This document shows, in pieces, positions 7,912 through 19,737 of a DNA stretch of 52,156 nt. The notes under the pieces are model-generated. The model did no database searches. It saw only the letters and a list, made by a program, of their open reading frames with translations, and was not told where the DNA came from. Location: the NCBI GenBank assembly GCA_964465445.1, contig CAYXJB010000001.1, positions 1 through 52,156 on the forward strand, given 5' to 3'. Within the stretch, counting starts at the first letter, position 1; the number at the start of each line of letters is the position of its first letter. The translations under genes and the position numbers were made by a program. The DNA comes from an uncultured Verrucomicrobiota bacterium. Its GTDB lineage: Bacteria > Verrucomicrobiota > Verrucomicrobiia > Limisphaerales > JAOAIM01.

Positions 7912-9408
7912 GTGTTCCGGCCGGACGGCATTGCGCGCGGTGGTGGTGATTTCTACGATGGGGCGGTGCAAACACCGCAGCCACCACGAACAGCGACCGT
8001 TTTGCTGCCCTTGCTCAGCGGCCTGTACACGGATCGCTATCAACTGAGCATGGCATGGGTGTACTGGCGCACGGGGCGAGCCGATGTCCCGGTGGTGTTC
8101 GATTATTTTTTCCGGACGCTGCCGTTTCGGGGTGGCTACGCGGTGTTCGCCGGAGCGGCCACGCTGCTGGAGGCGCTGGGACAATTTCGGTTCGGCGAGG
8201 AGGAGCTGGAATTCCTTCGTTCGGAGGGATTCGAGCCGGCGTTCCTGGAGGCATTGCGCGGATTTGTGTTTCGCGGGACGATCTGGATGCCGCCGGAGGG
8301 TGAAGTGGTGTTTCCGTTCGAGCCGCTGGCGCGGGTCGAGGGCGGCTTGATGGAAGCGCAACTGATCGAGACGCTGCTGTTGAACGTGCTGAATTTCCAG
8401 ACGCTCATCGCCACCAAGGCAGCGCGTTGCTGTCATGCCGCGCGCGCCCGGGTGGTGAGCGAGTTCGGGTTGCGGCGGGCGCAGGGATTGGCCGGGCGCT
8501 GGGCCAGTCGCGCCGCGTGCATTGGCGGTTGCGTGAGCACGTCGAACATGGACGCGGCGGCGCGCTACGGGTTGCGCAGCGCCGGCACGATGGCGCACTC
8601 GTTCGTCCAGAGCTACGGGGATGAGCTGGCGGCGTTTCGTGCGTTTGCCGCCGTGCACGGCTCGAACACGGTGTTGCTGCTGGACACGTACGACACGTTG
8701 CGCTCGGGGCTGCCGAACGCGATCACGGTGGCGCGGGAACTGGCGGCGCGGGGGCAGCGGCTGGCCGGGGTGCGGATTGACAGCGGGGATCTGGCGTTTC
8801 TGGCGCGGGCGGTGCGACGGCAGCTCGACGCGGCGGGTTTTCCGGAGGTGAAAATCGTGGCGTCGAATCAACTCGACGAGCATCTGATTCGCAGCCTGTT
8901 GGAGCAGGAGGCGCCGATTGACATATTTGGTGTGGGCACGGCGCTGGCGACCGGCCTGCCGGACGCGGCGCTGGACGGGGTTTACAAGTTGGCAGCCTGT
9001 GCGGGTCGGCCGTGTCTGAAACGCGCCGATGGATTGGCCAAACAGACCCTGCCCGGCCGCAAGGCGGTGTCGCGTTACCGCGACGCGGAGGGCTGGTTTC
9101 GGGCCGATGTGGTGCATCTGGCCGACGAACCGCCGCCGGAGCGGATGCTGCATCCGCACGATGCGAGTCGGCGGCTCAATCTGAGTGCGTGGCGGCCCGA
9201 ACCGCTGTTGCGGCCGGTGCTCGAGAACGGCCGGCCAGTGGCGGCGTTGGCGGATGTGGCCGGGGCGGCCGCTTACGCAGCAGAGCGGCTGGCGGCCCTG
9301 CCGCCGGAGCACCATCGGTTCGAGAATCCGCATGTGTACAAGGTGGGCATCAGCCCGCGGCTGGCGGCGTTGCGGGACGAGTTGATGCGACCTTGGTTGG
9401 AGGGTTGA
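7912..9408 (+). CDS. pncB: nicotinate phosphoribosyltransferase
   Basis: [70 protein letters not shown]. The start is uncertain: GTG at 7912, alternative GTG at 7966. Confidence 0.9.
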   Translation: MFRPDGIARGGGDFYDGAVQTPQPPRTATVLLPLLSGLYTDRYQLSMAWVYWRTGRADVPVVFDYFFRTLPFRGGYAVFAGAATLLEALGQFRFGEEELEFLRSEGFEPAFLEALRGFVFRGTIWMPPEGEVVFPFEPLARVEGGLMEAQLIETLLLNVLNFQTLIATKAARCCHAARARVVSEFGLRRAQGLAGRWASRAACIGGCVSTSNMDAAARYGLRSAGTMAHSFVQSYGDELAAFRAFAAVHGSNTVLLLDTYDTLRSGLPNAITVARELAARGQRLAGVRIDSGDLAFLARAVRRQLDAAGFPEVKIVASNQLDEHLIRSLLEQEAPIDIFGVGTALATGLPDAALDGVYKLAACAGRPCLKRADGLAKQTLPGRKAVSRYRDAEGWFRADVVHLADEPPPERMLHPHDASRRLNLSAWRPEPLLRPVLENGRPVAALADVAGAAAYAAERLAALPPEHHRFENPHVYKVGISPRLAALRDELMRPWLEG

Positions 9409-9424
9409 ACAACGTGGAAGTGGC

Positions 9425-10039
9425 ATGAAGGCGCTGATCATTGTGGATGTGCAGCGGGATTTTCTGCCCGGAGGCGCATTGCCGGTGCCGGAGGGCGACG
9501 CCGTGATTCCCGTGCTCAACCGGATTCAGGCGCGCTATCCGCTGGTCGCACTGACGCAGGATTGGCATCCGCCCGATCATTTGAGTTTCGCTTCGCAATA
9601 TCCGGGTCACCGTCCGTTCGATCGCATCCAGCTCGAGGGGCTCGATCAGGTGCTCTGGCCGGATCATTGCGTTTGGAACAGCCCCGGCGCGGCGCTGGCC
9701 GAGACGCTGGACACCGGCCGGGCGGCGGCGATTTTCCGCAAGGGCATGGATCGGCGCGTGGACAGTTACTCGGGATTTTTCGACAACGGTCGCCGGCGCA
9801 AGACCGGGCTGGCCGAGTGGCTGCGCGGGCTCGGGGTGACCGAGGTGCACGTGGGCGGGTTGGCGGCGGATTATTGCGTGGCGTACACGGCGCGGGACGC
9901 GGCGGAGCTGGGATTTGACGTGGTGGTTCTGGAGGACGCCACGCGGCCGATCTCGGCGCAGGGTTTCGAGCAGATCGCCGCCGAGCTGCGGCAACGCGGG
10001 GTGCGAATCGCCCCGAGCGATGCGGTGTGGGCGGGCTGA
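9425..10039 (+). CDS. pncA: nicotinamidase / pyrazinamidase (isochorismatase fold)
   Basis: MKALIIVDVQRDFLPGGALPVPEG, LTQDWHPPDHLSFAS, GLAADYCVAYTARDA. It starts 17 nt after pncB. Confidence 0.9.
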   Translation: MKALIIVDVQRDFLPGGALPVPEGDAVIPVLNRIQARYPLVALTQDWHPPDHLSFASQYPGHRPFDRIQLEGLDQVLWPDHCVWNSPGAALAETLDTGRAAAIFRKGMDRRVDSYSGFFDNGRRRKTGLAEWLRGLGVTEVHVGGLAADYCVAYTARDAAELGFDVVVLEDATRPISAQGFEQIAAELRQRGVRIAPSDAVWAG

Positions 10040-10070
10040 GGGCGCGGCTTGCGCCAACCGAGTCGGACGG

Positions 10071-10496
10071 ATGTCGACATTCTGGGAATGTCAACGCTGC
10101 ACGGCCTGCTGCCGCTGGCCGGGCTGGGTGCGATTGAGCGAGCCCGAGATCGCGCAGATTGCGGCGTTCCTGGGCCTGAGCGAACGCGAATTCATCCAGC
10201 GCCACACGCGGCTGCATCCGAGCCGGCGCGCGCTGGCGCTGCTGGAGAAGCCCAACGGCGAGTGCGAATTTCTCGACGGGCAGCAATGTCGGATTCAGCC
10301 GGTCAAACCGCAGCAGTGTCGCGATTTTCCGAACGTGCGGAACTTCCCGGGCTTCGAGCAGCATTGCCGGGCGCTGCGACGCGAGCTGCCCGCAGAGGAA
10401 TGGCAACGCCGCATTCGCGAGGAGACCGGTCGCGAGCTGAGCGCGCCGGTTTCCGAGCATACCCACACCGCGCCCGCGCCGGTTCTCGGGCGATAA
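10071..10496 (+). CDS. YkgJ-family cysteine-cluster protein (CxxCxxCC)
   Basis: Internal ATG at 10071. MSTFWECQRCTACCRWPGWVRLSEPE... and CRIQPVKPQQCRDFP are typical of the family. Confidence 0.8.
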   Translation: MSTFWECQRCTACCRWPGWVRLSEPEIAQIAAFLGLSEREFIQRHTRLHPSRRALALLEKPNGECEFLDGQQCRIQPVKPQQCRDFPNVRNFPGFEQHCRALRRELPAEEWQRRIREETGRELSAPVSEHTHTAPAPVLGR

Positions 10497-10520
10497 CGAC
10501 CCAGGTGGTCCGAGGGGCGA

Positions 10521-11504
10521 TTAGTGCGCCCGGACCAGGTCCAGCGGCACCGTCACGCCGCCGCCGACCCAGAATTTCTTGTCGGTGTTGCTGCCGTCGA
10601 ACACGGTGCGCGAGTAAAACTCCAGCCGGATGCCCCGGCGCGGAAAGGTGTAGCTGAAACCGGCTTCGACGGCATCGTTATTCTCACGCACGGCGCGGGG
10701 ATAGTCAATAACGCGCGTGGCCGGGTCGAACGTGATGCTGTCGCCGGAGATACTGCCCAGATGCCGCCAGCCGGCGTGCAATTCCCAGCCCTTGATCTGC
10801 TGGAACAGACCCAGCGCGACGATGTACTGGTCGTTGGCCGAGGTTTTGTTCCAGCGAAACAGCCCGTCGAAATACGCTCCGAAGCCCTCCCAGCCGAAAT
10901 GCTTGCGCGCCAGCAGTTCGGGTTCGATTGCCGCCGAGCGCACGCCCGGGGCGAAGGGAAATCGCTCATCGAAGGTGCCGGGCAGGACCGCGCCGGCGCG
11001 GAAGGCCAGGTCCGGCCTCCAATCGCCCGCGCCGTCAGACGACTCACGGAAGATTTGGTAACGCACGCCCAGGGCGACATCCATCAGCCCGGTGGTCGAG
11101 CGCGAGCCGCCGTCGAGATTGCCGTCGTTGGCGAAGAAGCGCCAGCCGGCGGTCGTCACGCCCAGGGCCAGGTCGGCCGCCCAGCGTTCGGCGATACCGT
11201 ACTGGAAGGCCAAATAACCCTGGTTGACGTCAATGCCATAGTGCTCGCCACCCTTTTTGAAGTCGGCCTTGAAGCGCCGCTCGGCGGTCCAGAAATAGTA
11301 GGCTTCGGATTCCTGGTAATGGGCGCCGATTTCCAAGCGACCCGGCGGTGGCAGCACGGCCCACTCGGCAAAAGGCCGGTGCGGGACGTTCTCGCCGGCG
11401 CGTCCAGAAGTGCCCAGCACACACAGGACTGCTATCCATACACGTCGCGCGCCCAAAGACAACGAGAGGGCGCGCGGTGATTTCAGTAGCGCGAAGGTTT
11501 TCAT
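10521..11504 (-). CDS. putative outer-membrane beta-barrel protein (function unknown)
   Basis: Internal ATG (rc 11502-11504), MKTFALLKSPRALSLSLGARRVWIAVLCVLG signal-like N-terminus. Long stretches of alternating aromatic/Gly-rich beta-strand pattern (GYLAFQYGI, DVALGVRYQIF, VEAGFSYTF). Confidence 0.6.
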   Translation of the reverse strand: MKTFALLKSPRALSLSLGARRVWIAVLCVLGTSGRAGENVPHRPFAEWAVLPPPGRLEIGAHYQESEAYYFWTAERRFKADFKKGGEHYGIDVNQGYLAFQYGIAERWAADLALGVTTAGWRFFANDGNLDGGSRSTTGLMDVALGVRYQIFRESSDGAGDWRPDLAFRAGAVLPGTFDERFPFAPGVRSAAIEPELLARKHFGWEGFGAYFDGLFRWNKTSANDQYIVALGLFQQIKGWELHAGWRHLGSISGDSITFDPATRVIDYPRAVRENNDAVEAGFSYTFPRRGIRLEFYSRTVFDGSNTDKKFWVGGGVTVPLDLVRAH

Positions 11505-11658
11505 TGTGTTGGCCAGGTTGAAGTTCTGCATTTGATGCGGCCACCTGTTCGCGGTGGCGCACGAATGTCGCAGCATGGATAACAGAAAGCCGGCCACCGT
11601 CCAGCATAAAAAGCGAGGGTGACAGGCGACTTGAACCGATTGGGCGCCTTCGGGTCAA

Positions 11659-13677
11659 ATGGGCGTGAGGAACAGAACAACGGAAGCGGCGATGTCGGAT
11701 TCGGACGCAAGCGGGGGCGATCGACGACACGGCCGGGCGGGTGGCTGGCGGGCCTCGCGCTACGGTTTTGCGGCATTTTGGCTGGCGACGTTGCTGGCCG
11801 GCTGGACGGCGTTGCGGGTGGTGTTGATGGCGAAGTTCGGCCCGGCGCATGTGCCGATTTGGACACGGCTGCTGGCGCTGTTGGCGGGGCTGCATCGGGA
11901 TCTGGTGGTGGGGTTGGTGTGCGCGCTACCGGGATTGTTCTGGTTCTGGGTTTTGCCACAACGGCAGTTTGCAGCGCGGTGGCATCGGGTGGTGTTCTGG
12001 GGGGTGAATTTTCTGACCATTGGGGTCGCGGTGTTTCTGCTGGCAGTGGAGTATTATTTTTTCGAGGAGTTCAAATCCCGATTCAACACCGTGGCGGTGG
12101 ACTACGTGCTCTATCCGCACGAGGTGTTTGTGAACATCTGGGATTCGTATCCGGTGGTGACGGTGGTCGCCATCTGCGGGACAGTGGCGGCGTTGTGGGT
12201 GTGGTGGGCGCGGCGCTGGTTTGCGGGCATGTGGCGGGAGACGGTTCACGCGGGCCGGCGACTGGCGTGGTTTGTCGGCGCGCTGGGGCTGACGCTGGCG
12301 CTGAGTCGCACCATCGCGCTCAAGGGGGTGAAAGTGAGCGCCGACCGCACGCTCAACGAGATCGCCAACAACGGTGGTCTGGCGCTGACCAGCGCCGCGC
12401 TGACCCGTCACCTCGACTACGGGGCGTTTTATCTGACGCTGGACCGCGCCGAGGCGTGGCGACGGGTGCGGCGGTTGCTCGACTCGCCGAATGCGATCTT
12501 CACGGGCGATGAATTCTCGCTGCGCCGACAGGTGCGAGGCGATCCGCATCGGCCACGGCTCAACGTGGTGATCCTGCTCGAGGAGAGCCTGGGCTCGGAG
12601 TTCTGGGGTTGCCTGGGGCGGCGGGAGACGCTCACACCGGAGATGGATCGGCTGGCGACGCAGGAGGGGCTGTTGTTCACGAATATTTACGCCTGCGGCA
12701 ATCGCACTGTGCGCGGGCTGGAGGGGGTGCTGGCGTCCTTCCCGCCGCTGCCGGGCGATTCCATCGTGGCCCGGGATCTTTCGGACCACGTCGAAACCCT
12801 GGCGCGGGTGCTCAAGCGCGACGGTTACCGAACGCTGTTTTTGTACGGTGGACGGGGCATGTTCGACGGAATGAAATCCTTCGCGCTCAAAAACGGGTTC
12901 GATCGTTTTCTGGAACACAATCCGCCTTTCCAGGACGATTTTCCGAACCCGCGCTTTGCGACGGTTTGGGGCGTGTGTGACGAGGAGGTGTTCGAGCGTG
13001 CGATTGCGGAATGCCGCGCGCTGGCGCAGCAGGGCCAGCCGTTCTTCGCCACGGTGCTGACGGTCTCGAATCACAAGCCCTACACGTATCCGGCGGGGCG
13101 CATCCCCGAAGACCCGAACCGGCGCCGCCGGGCCCACGCGGTCAAGTACGCCGACTGGTGTCTGGGCCGGTTCTTCGAGGCGGCCCGGCGAGAGGCGTTC
13201 TGGACGAACACAATTTTTGTCGTGGTGGCCGATCACGGCGCGCGGGTTTACGGCAGTCAGACCATTCCCATCCGGTCCTACGAAATTCCGCTGGTGATCC
13301 TCGGGCCGGCGGTGGTTCGAAAGCCCGAGCGAATCGGCGTGCTGGGCAGCTCGCTGGATGTGGCCCCGACCGTTCTGGGGCTGATCGGTCGGCCCTACGA
13401 GACGCTGTTTTTCGGACGCGATCTGCTTCAGGACCCGCCGCAGGACGGCCGCGCGCCGGTGCAGCACAATCGCGACATCGGCCTGTTCAGCCGCGGACGG
13501 CTGGTGGTGCTGGGTCTGTTGCGCGATTCGGATTTCTACAGCGGCGATCCCAAGGCCGGCACGCTCCGGCCGGTGACGGTCATTGGTCCGGAGGAACGGG
13601 AGCTGGAACGCGACGCGGCCGCGCTCTTTCAGGTGGCCGACGAACTCTACTCGCAGCAGCGCTATCGGCTGGATTGA
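11659..13677 (+). CDS. LTA-synthase-family sulfatase-like transferase (phosphoglycerol/phosphoethanolamine-type)
   Basis: Five N-terminal TM helices, then a sulfatase domain: NVVILLEESLGSEFWG, CGNRTVRGLEGVL, TVSNHKPYTYP, VVVADHGARVYG. Confidence 0.85.
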   Translation: MGVRNRTTEAAMSDSDASGGDRRHGRAGGWRASRYGFAAFWLATLLAGWTALRVVLMAKFGPAHVPIWTRLLALLAGLHRDLVVGLVCALPGLFWFWVLPQRQFAARWHRVVFWGVNFLTIGVAVFLLAVEYYFFEEFKSRFNTVAVDYVLYPHEVFVNIWDSYPVVTVVAICGTVAALWVWWARRWFAGMWRETVHAGRRLAWFVGALGLTLALSRTIALKGVKVSADRTLNEIANNGGLALTSAALTRHLDYGAFYLTLDRAEAWRRVRRLLDSPNAIFTGDEFSLRRQVRGDPHRPRLNVVILLEESLGSEFWGCLGRRETLTPEMDRLATQEGLLFTNIYACGNRTVRGLEGVLASFPPLPGDSIVARDLSDHVETLARVLKRDGYRTLFLYGGRGMFDGMKSFALKNGFDRFLEHNPPFQDDFPNPRFATVWGVCDEEVFERAIAECRALAQQGQPFFATVLTVSNHKPYTYPAGRIPEDPNRRRRAHAVKYADWCLGRFFEAARREAFWTNTIFVVVADHGARVYGSQTIPIRSYEIPLVILGPAVVRKPERIGVLGSSLDVAPTVLGLIGRPYETLFFGRDLLQDPPQDGRAPVQHNRDIGLFSRGRLVVLGLLRDSDFYSGDPKAGTLRPVTVIGPEERELERDAAALFQVADELYSQQRYRLD

Positions 13678-13743
13678 ACCGCCGGCCGGGCCGGTTCAAT
13701 CTGTTTGACTGCGCGTGCGATCTCGAAACCATGAGGCGACGCG

Positions 13744-15672
<1,929 letters not shown>

Positions 15673-15723
15673 GCCTCGGCGAGCCGGGCGGTTCGGTGCG
15701 AACCCCGGTGACCGGGATGACTT

Positions 15724-16392
15724 CTACGGGGTCTCGGAGGGCGGCTCGGGATGTTCCTTGAGCCAGCGATCGATCACCTCCTGCCAGAGTGTCCAGTTGG
15801 TGCCGTGATTGGCGTCGAGGTAAATCTCCAGGAACTCCAGCGCTTCGGTCGCGTAGGGATGTTCGGGCGTGCGGACGGTTTGGAGCAGCAGTGGCAGCTT
15901 GATCGAATCCGGCCGGTTGAGCGCATCGGCGAAGATGATGTCCTGCACGGCCGGCGAGGTTTGCATGTTGGTGAGGTAGCGGGCGAAGGAGTCGAAATCC
16001 GCATCGGGCAACAAATTGGCGATGTGCTCGGCGGTTTCGATCTGGCCCGGCTCGGGCATCAACGGGAGCAGGTCCAGAAGTCGGCGCGCCTTGTTTTCCA
16101 GCGGCGAATCGTCGGCCAGGATCTGGTCCACGCGCTCAGCCCAATCCACCAGCAGGTTGGTGGCGGTCTGGACGGCGGGCATCTCGGGTTGCTCGGCCGG
16201 CGGATTTGCACGGGAGTGGCGCGGCTCGACCCGGCGGGTGTCCGGAGCGGTCGAGGCGGTCGCGTCGGGTTGGGTCGGCTCGACCGCGACCGGCGCGGGC
16301 AATGGCGGTTCGCGCAGCACGGTGAACCAGATCACACCCAGGGCCAGCAGCGCCACCAGCACGACTGCGATGATTTTGGATCGAGTGCTCAT
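15724..16392 (-). CDS. membrane-anchored hypothetical protein
   Basis: Internal ATG (rc 16390-16392), MSTRSKIIAVVLVALLALGVIWF TM anchor, a Pro-rich linker and a helical C-terminal domain. I recognise no family. Confidence 0.6.
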   Translation of the reverse strand: MSTRSKIIAVVLVALLALGVIWFTVLREPPLPAPVAVEPTQPDATASTAPDTRRVEPRHSRANPPAEQPEMPAVQTATNLLVDWAERVDQILADDSPLENKARRLLDLLPLMPEPGQIETAEHIANLLPDADFDSFARYLTNMQTSPAVQDIIFADALNRPDSIKLPLLLQTVRTPEHPYATEALEFLEIYLDANHGTNWTLWQEVIDRWLKEHPEPPSETP

Positions 16393-16570
16393 GTCGTCAC
16401 ACGCGGCCGCCCGCCGCATCCAGCCTACGCGTTGCCATTGGAAACACAACCCCGGCGACGCGTCGGAAGCGCGGTGTTGGATGAATCGGCCCGGATGCGG
16501 CGAGGTGGCGGCGATCCGGCCGGCAGTGGCACGTTGCCGTAACCACGGCAGGACGGTAGGCTGGAGCGCC

Positions 16571-17272
16571 GTGATCCGGTTGGTGTTGTTCGATATTGAC
16601 GGGACGCTCATCCGCACCGGTGGGGCGGGCGTGGAAGCGTTTGCCCGGGCATTTGCGGAAGTGTTCGGCACGCGGGGCGGCACCGAGCGCATCCGATTTG
16701 CCGGGCGCACCGACGTGTCCCTGGTGCGGGAAATGATGACGCTCAGCGGGGTGGAGACGAGCGAGGAGAATTTCCGAAGATTTTTCGCGACCTACGTGGT
16801 GCATTTGCGGGAGCTGATGGCCGGCTGTCGGGGGGAAATTTGTCCGGGCGTGGTCGAGTTTATCGCGCAACTGCGCGCGCTCTCACCTGCGCCGCTGGTG
16901 GGATTGCTAACGGGCAACATCCGCGCCGGGGCCGAGATCAAGCTGCGGCATTTCCAGTTGTGGGACGTTTTTCATCTGGGCGCATTTGCCGACGATCACG
17001 AGGATCGCAACCAGATCGCCGTGGTGGCGCGGGAACGGGGCAGCCGGGCGTTGGCCAGGCACCTGCCGGGCGAGGAGATCCTGGTGGTGGGCGACACGGT
17101 GCACGACATCCGATGCGCGCGGGCCATCGGCGCGCGGGTGTTGGCGGTGGCCACCGGCGGCCAGAGTTTCGAGGAACTGCAGCAGCATCAGCCCGACTGG
17201 CTGGTGCGCGATTTGCGGGAGATTTCCGCCCGCGAGGTTTGCGGCGTCCGACCGCTCGAGGCCTCCGGCTGA
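16571..17272 (+). CDS. HAD-superfamily hydrolase (phosphoglycolate phosphatase-like)
   Basis: The GTG at 16571 gives VIRLVLFDIDGTLIRTGG (DxDGT motif I). VGDTVHDIRCARAIGARVLAVATG is motif IV. The longer track ORF (from 16016) overlaps the opposite-strand gene. Confidence 0.8.
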   Translation: MIRLVLFDIDGTLIRTGGAGVEAFARAFAEVFGTRGGTERIRFAGRTDVSLVREMMTLSGVETSEENFRRFFATYVVHLRELMAGCRGEICPGVVEFIAQLRALSPAPLVGLLTGNIRAGAEIKLRHFQLWDVFHLGAFADDHEDRNQIAVVARERGSRALARHLPGEEILVVGDTVHDIRCARAIGARVLAVATGGQSFEELQQHQPDWLVRDLREISAREVCGVRPLEASG

Positions 17273-17319
17273 ACGACCGGCCCCTGTTCCGGCATCACGA
17301 GCCGGCCAGCGGCAACGGC

Positions 17320-17544
17320 TCAGTGATTGTGCGAACCGCCCCCGCAGGCGCAGCAGGAACCGGGATTGCCGCTACAGGAGGGCGACTCGCCGCTCCCCGC
17401 CGTGCTGGAGGCAAAGACCGAGAACTGCTTGACCAGCCGCTCCGAACCACAATGCGGGCAGGTGGTGCCCTTCCAGTTGGTCGAGCGCACCAGGATCTCG
17501 CTCTCGCGTCCGCACTGCTCGCAACGGAATTCGTAAATGGGCAT
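17320..17544 (-). CDS. FmdB-family zinc-ribbon protein
   Basis: MPIYEFRCEQCGRESEILV...CPHCGSERLVKQFS, with a Cys/Gly-rich tail. Confidence 0.85.
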   Translation of the reverse strand: MPIYEFRCEQCGRESEILVRSTNWKGTTCPHCGSERLVKQFSVFASSTAGSGESPSCSGNPGSCCACGGGSHNH

Positions 17545-17672
17545 GGCCCAAGGGTAGCAGTCTCAAGCCGCCGTGCAAGAGCCGGCCGGGCGCCCGTCTG
17601 CCCCGATTTTCCCAAGCCCGTGGAAAAAGGCGTTGGACATGACCAGGCAAACCGCTAAAGTCGGGAGCGCTT

Positions 17673-17960
17673 ATGAGAAATCCGTTCTGGATGACCGCGC
17701 TGAACGCGGTGCTGGCCGTGAGCGTGGCCTTGTCGGTTCTGTTTTGCCTGCAATTTCTTTTCGTGACGCGGGAGGCGCGCACCCTGAGCGTCCAGCTCAA
17801 CAACATCAATCTGTTTCGCAACACGCTCCAGGCGCTGGCCAACGACTGCGTGGCCTACAGCGAAAAGAATCCCGCCATCGAACCGATCCTCGAATCGGTG
17901 GGGCTCAAACCGCGCGCGACCGGCGGCAACACCGGCGGCAAACCGGCAACCAACCGATAA
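17673..17960 (+). CDS. small single-TM hypothetical protein
   Basis: ATG start, TM helix LNAVLAVSVALSVLFCLQFLF. It lies 3 nt upstream of the next, similarly built gene. Confidence 0.55.
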   Translation: MRNPFWMTALNAVLAVSVALSVLFCLQFLFVTREARTLSVQLNNINLFRNTLQALANDCVAYSEKNPAIEPILESVGLKPRATGGNTGGKPATNR

Positions 17961-17963
17961 CGT

Positions 17964-18410
17964 ATGAGCCAACTGGACACAGGAACGATCCCTCCGCCGC
18001 AACCCTCGGAAGGCGCCGCACCGCGGACGCAACTGGAGCGGCAAATCATGTTTCTCCTGGTGGCCATGGTCGTGCTCAGCGGCACCTTCACGGCGTTCCT
18101 GTGGCGACAAGTCCGGTACGCGAAGCGCGATCTGGAAGCACTCCGGCCGCTGGCGGCGCGTCAGATTCAGGAGTTCAACCAGAAAAAACCCGAGATTGAC
18201 GCTTTTCTCGCGCGCCTGGCCGAGTACGGACGCGCGCATCCGGACTTCGCCGCGATCTACAACAAGTATAACCTGGCCGCGGTAACCGGTGCGCCCCCGG
18301 CAACCGCTCCGGCGCCCGCTCCTGCGGCCGGGGCGACCCAAGCAAAACCGGCGACGGCCGCCGGCCAGGCTCCGACCTCCAAACCGACCGGCACGCCGCA
18401 ACGGCGCTAG
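17964..18410 (+). CDS. small single-TM hypothetical protein with Ala/Pro-rich tail
   Basis: ATG start, TM helix IMFLLVAMVVLSGTFTAFLW, a helical segment and an APPATAPAPAPAAG tail. Confidence 0.55.
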   Translation: MSQLDTGTIPPPQPSEGAAPRTQLERQIMFLLVAMVVLSGTFTAFLWRQVRYAKRDLEALRPLAARQIQEFNQKKPEIDAFLARLAEYGRAHPDFAAIYNKYNLAAVTGAPPATAPAPAPAAGATQAKPATAAGQAPTSKPTGTPQRR

Positions 18411-18841
18411 TCGGCTGGCTGTGCGGGTGGCGCAGCGACGGCGGACGCCTCCGGCCTCAGGCGGCTGCCGCAGGCATGGCAGAACCGCGCGTAGGGCGGA
18501 CAACAGGTGTTGCACTGCGGGCAATCCAGATGCGCCCGGGCATCCCGACGATGAATCACCAGGTTGCGGATGTAGGGAATCCACGTGAACGCATAGGCGA
18601 AGATGAACACCGAATCCCGCCGGTACAGTGCGTAGCTGAGCAGCAGCCCCGAGCCCAACAGACTCAACCACCAGAAGGTCACCGGCACGACCACCCGCCC
18701 GCGGCGCTCGGTCGCCCACCATTGCACGAAAAACCGCGAGAAAAAGATCGCGTTCCCCATCCAGCCAACCACCTTCCACGGATGCCATTCGATGCCGAGG
18801 AATCGGCCGCCGGGCCAGAGCAATTGCGTGAGCCAGTCCAT
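18407..18841 (-). CDS. lipid-A-biosynthesis N-terminal (LAB_N) domain membrane protein with C-terminal zinc ribbon
   Basis: WKVVGWMGNAIFFSRFFVQWWATERRGRVVVPVTFWWLSLLGSGLLLSYALYRRD is LAB_N-like. The C-terminal CPQCNTCCPPYARFCHACGSRL is a zinc ribbon. Confidence 0.75.
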   Translation of the reverse strand: MDWLTQLLWPGGRFLGIEWHPWKVVGWMGNAIFFSRFFVQWWATERRGRVVVPVTFWWLSLLGSGLLLSYALYRRDSVFIFAYAFTWIPYIRNLVIHRRDARAHLDCPQCNTCCPPYARFCHACGSRLRPEASAVAAPPAQPAD

Positions 18842-19044
18842 GGACGCATCATGAAGAGTCGGGGCGCATGCGAAAAGTCGGATTCAGTCCCGCCGTTTGC
18901 CGCGAGAGGTCTCACCCTTTGCGCAACGCCATCCGGTGGGCCGGCTCGCAACCAACGGCCTGCCGCAAGCGCGGCCGTTTGACAGATACCGCAGAGCGGG
19001 TTACCAAAGCGGCAACCAATGCTGTCGCAACGGCCCTGTTCGCC

Positions 19045-19737
19045 ATGAAAAACACTCTGATTCGCTGCGGATTGCTCGCCCTGCTGGAATTGGGACTGAC
19101 CGCCGGTCTCCATGCGCGGGCCCAAACGCAAAGCGCGCCCATGCCCAAAGTCGGCGACAAAGCGCCGCTCTTCACCGGAAAGGACCAGGACGAGAAGACC
19201 TGGAAACTCGAACGCTACATCGGTCGCAAAATTCTGGTGCTGTACTTTTATCCCAAGGACGACACACCCGGATGCACTCGCGAGGCGTGCGGCTTTCGCG
19301 ACCGGATGGAGGAGCTCAAGAAACAGGGCGTCGAGGTCGTGGGCGTGAGTTTCGATTCGCCGGAAAGTCACCGCCAGTTCCGGGCCAAGCACAACCTCAA
19401 CTTCACGTTACTGGCCGATACCGACGGAAAAATTGCCGAGGCCTACGGCGTGCGCGTGCCGGGACGCAAGTTCGCCCGGCGCGTGAGTTTTCTGATCGGA
19501 CTGGACGGCCGGATTGCCCACGTGACCGATTCGCCCCAGGCCGAGACACATCTGAACGAGATGACCGAAGCGATCGGTCGGCTCAAAGCCGTCAAACCGG
19601 CCGCGCTGACCGCACCGACGCCGCGCGGGGTTTGTGGGCGGCCGGGCCGAAACGGTTCAGCGCCCGAACCCGCTTCAGCCGCGTCGCCCGCGGAAACCGC
19701 GTGCGGGCGGGCCACCCGGAGGGCCGCCGAAACCTGA
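19045..19737 (+). CDS. bcp: secreted Bcp-type peroxiredoxin (thiol peroxidase)
   Basis: Internal ATG at 19045, signal peptide MKNTLIRCGLLALLELGLTAGLHARA. VGDKAPLF, ILVLYFYPKDDTPGCTREAC, GVSFDSPESHRQF. The low-complexity tail overlaps the convergent gene by 63 nt. Confidence 0.85.
   Translation: MKNTLIRCGLLALLELGLTAGLHARAQTQSAPMPKVGDKAPLFTGKDQDEKTWKLERYIGRKILVLYFYPKDDTPGCTREACGFRDRMEELKKQGVEVVGVSFDSPESHRQFRAKHNLNFTLLADTDGKIAEAYGVRVPGRKFARRVSFLIGLDGRIAHVTDSPQAETHLNEMTEAIGRLKAVKPAALTAPTPRGVCGRPGRNGSAPEPASAASPAETACGRATRRAAET

Noticed and set aside
7894-9519. Very long ORFs antisense to confidently assigned genes. Examples: 7894..9519 opposite pncB, 13696..15501 opposite the ABC exporter, 21055..23145, 24327..25961, 25760..27388, 39401..41017, 41541..43949 and 43937..45775.
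   Set aside because: Their translations are Arg/Pro/Gly/Ala-rich low-complexity sequence with no motifs. Each lies opposite a gene with clear family signatures. Long antisense ORFs are expected in ~65% GC DNA because stop codons are rare.
16016-16570. N-terminal 185-aa extension of the HAD hydrolase ORF (the track start is at 16016).
   Set aside because: The extension overlaps the opposite-strand membrane-protein gene (15724..16392) and is low-complexity. HAD motif I (DIDGT) lies a few residues after the GTG at 16571, as is normal for the family.
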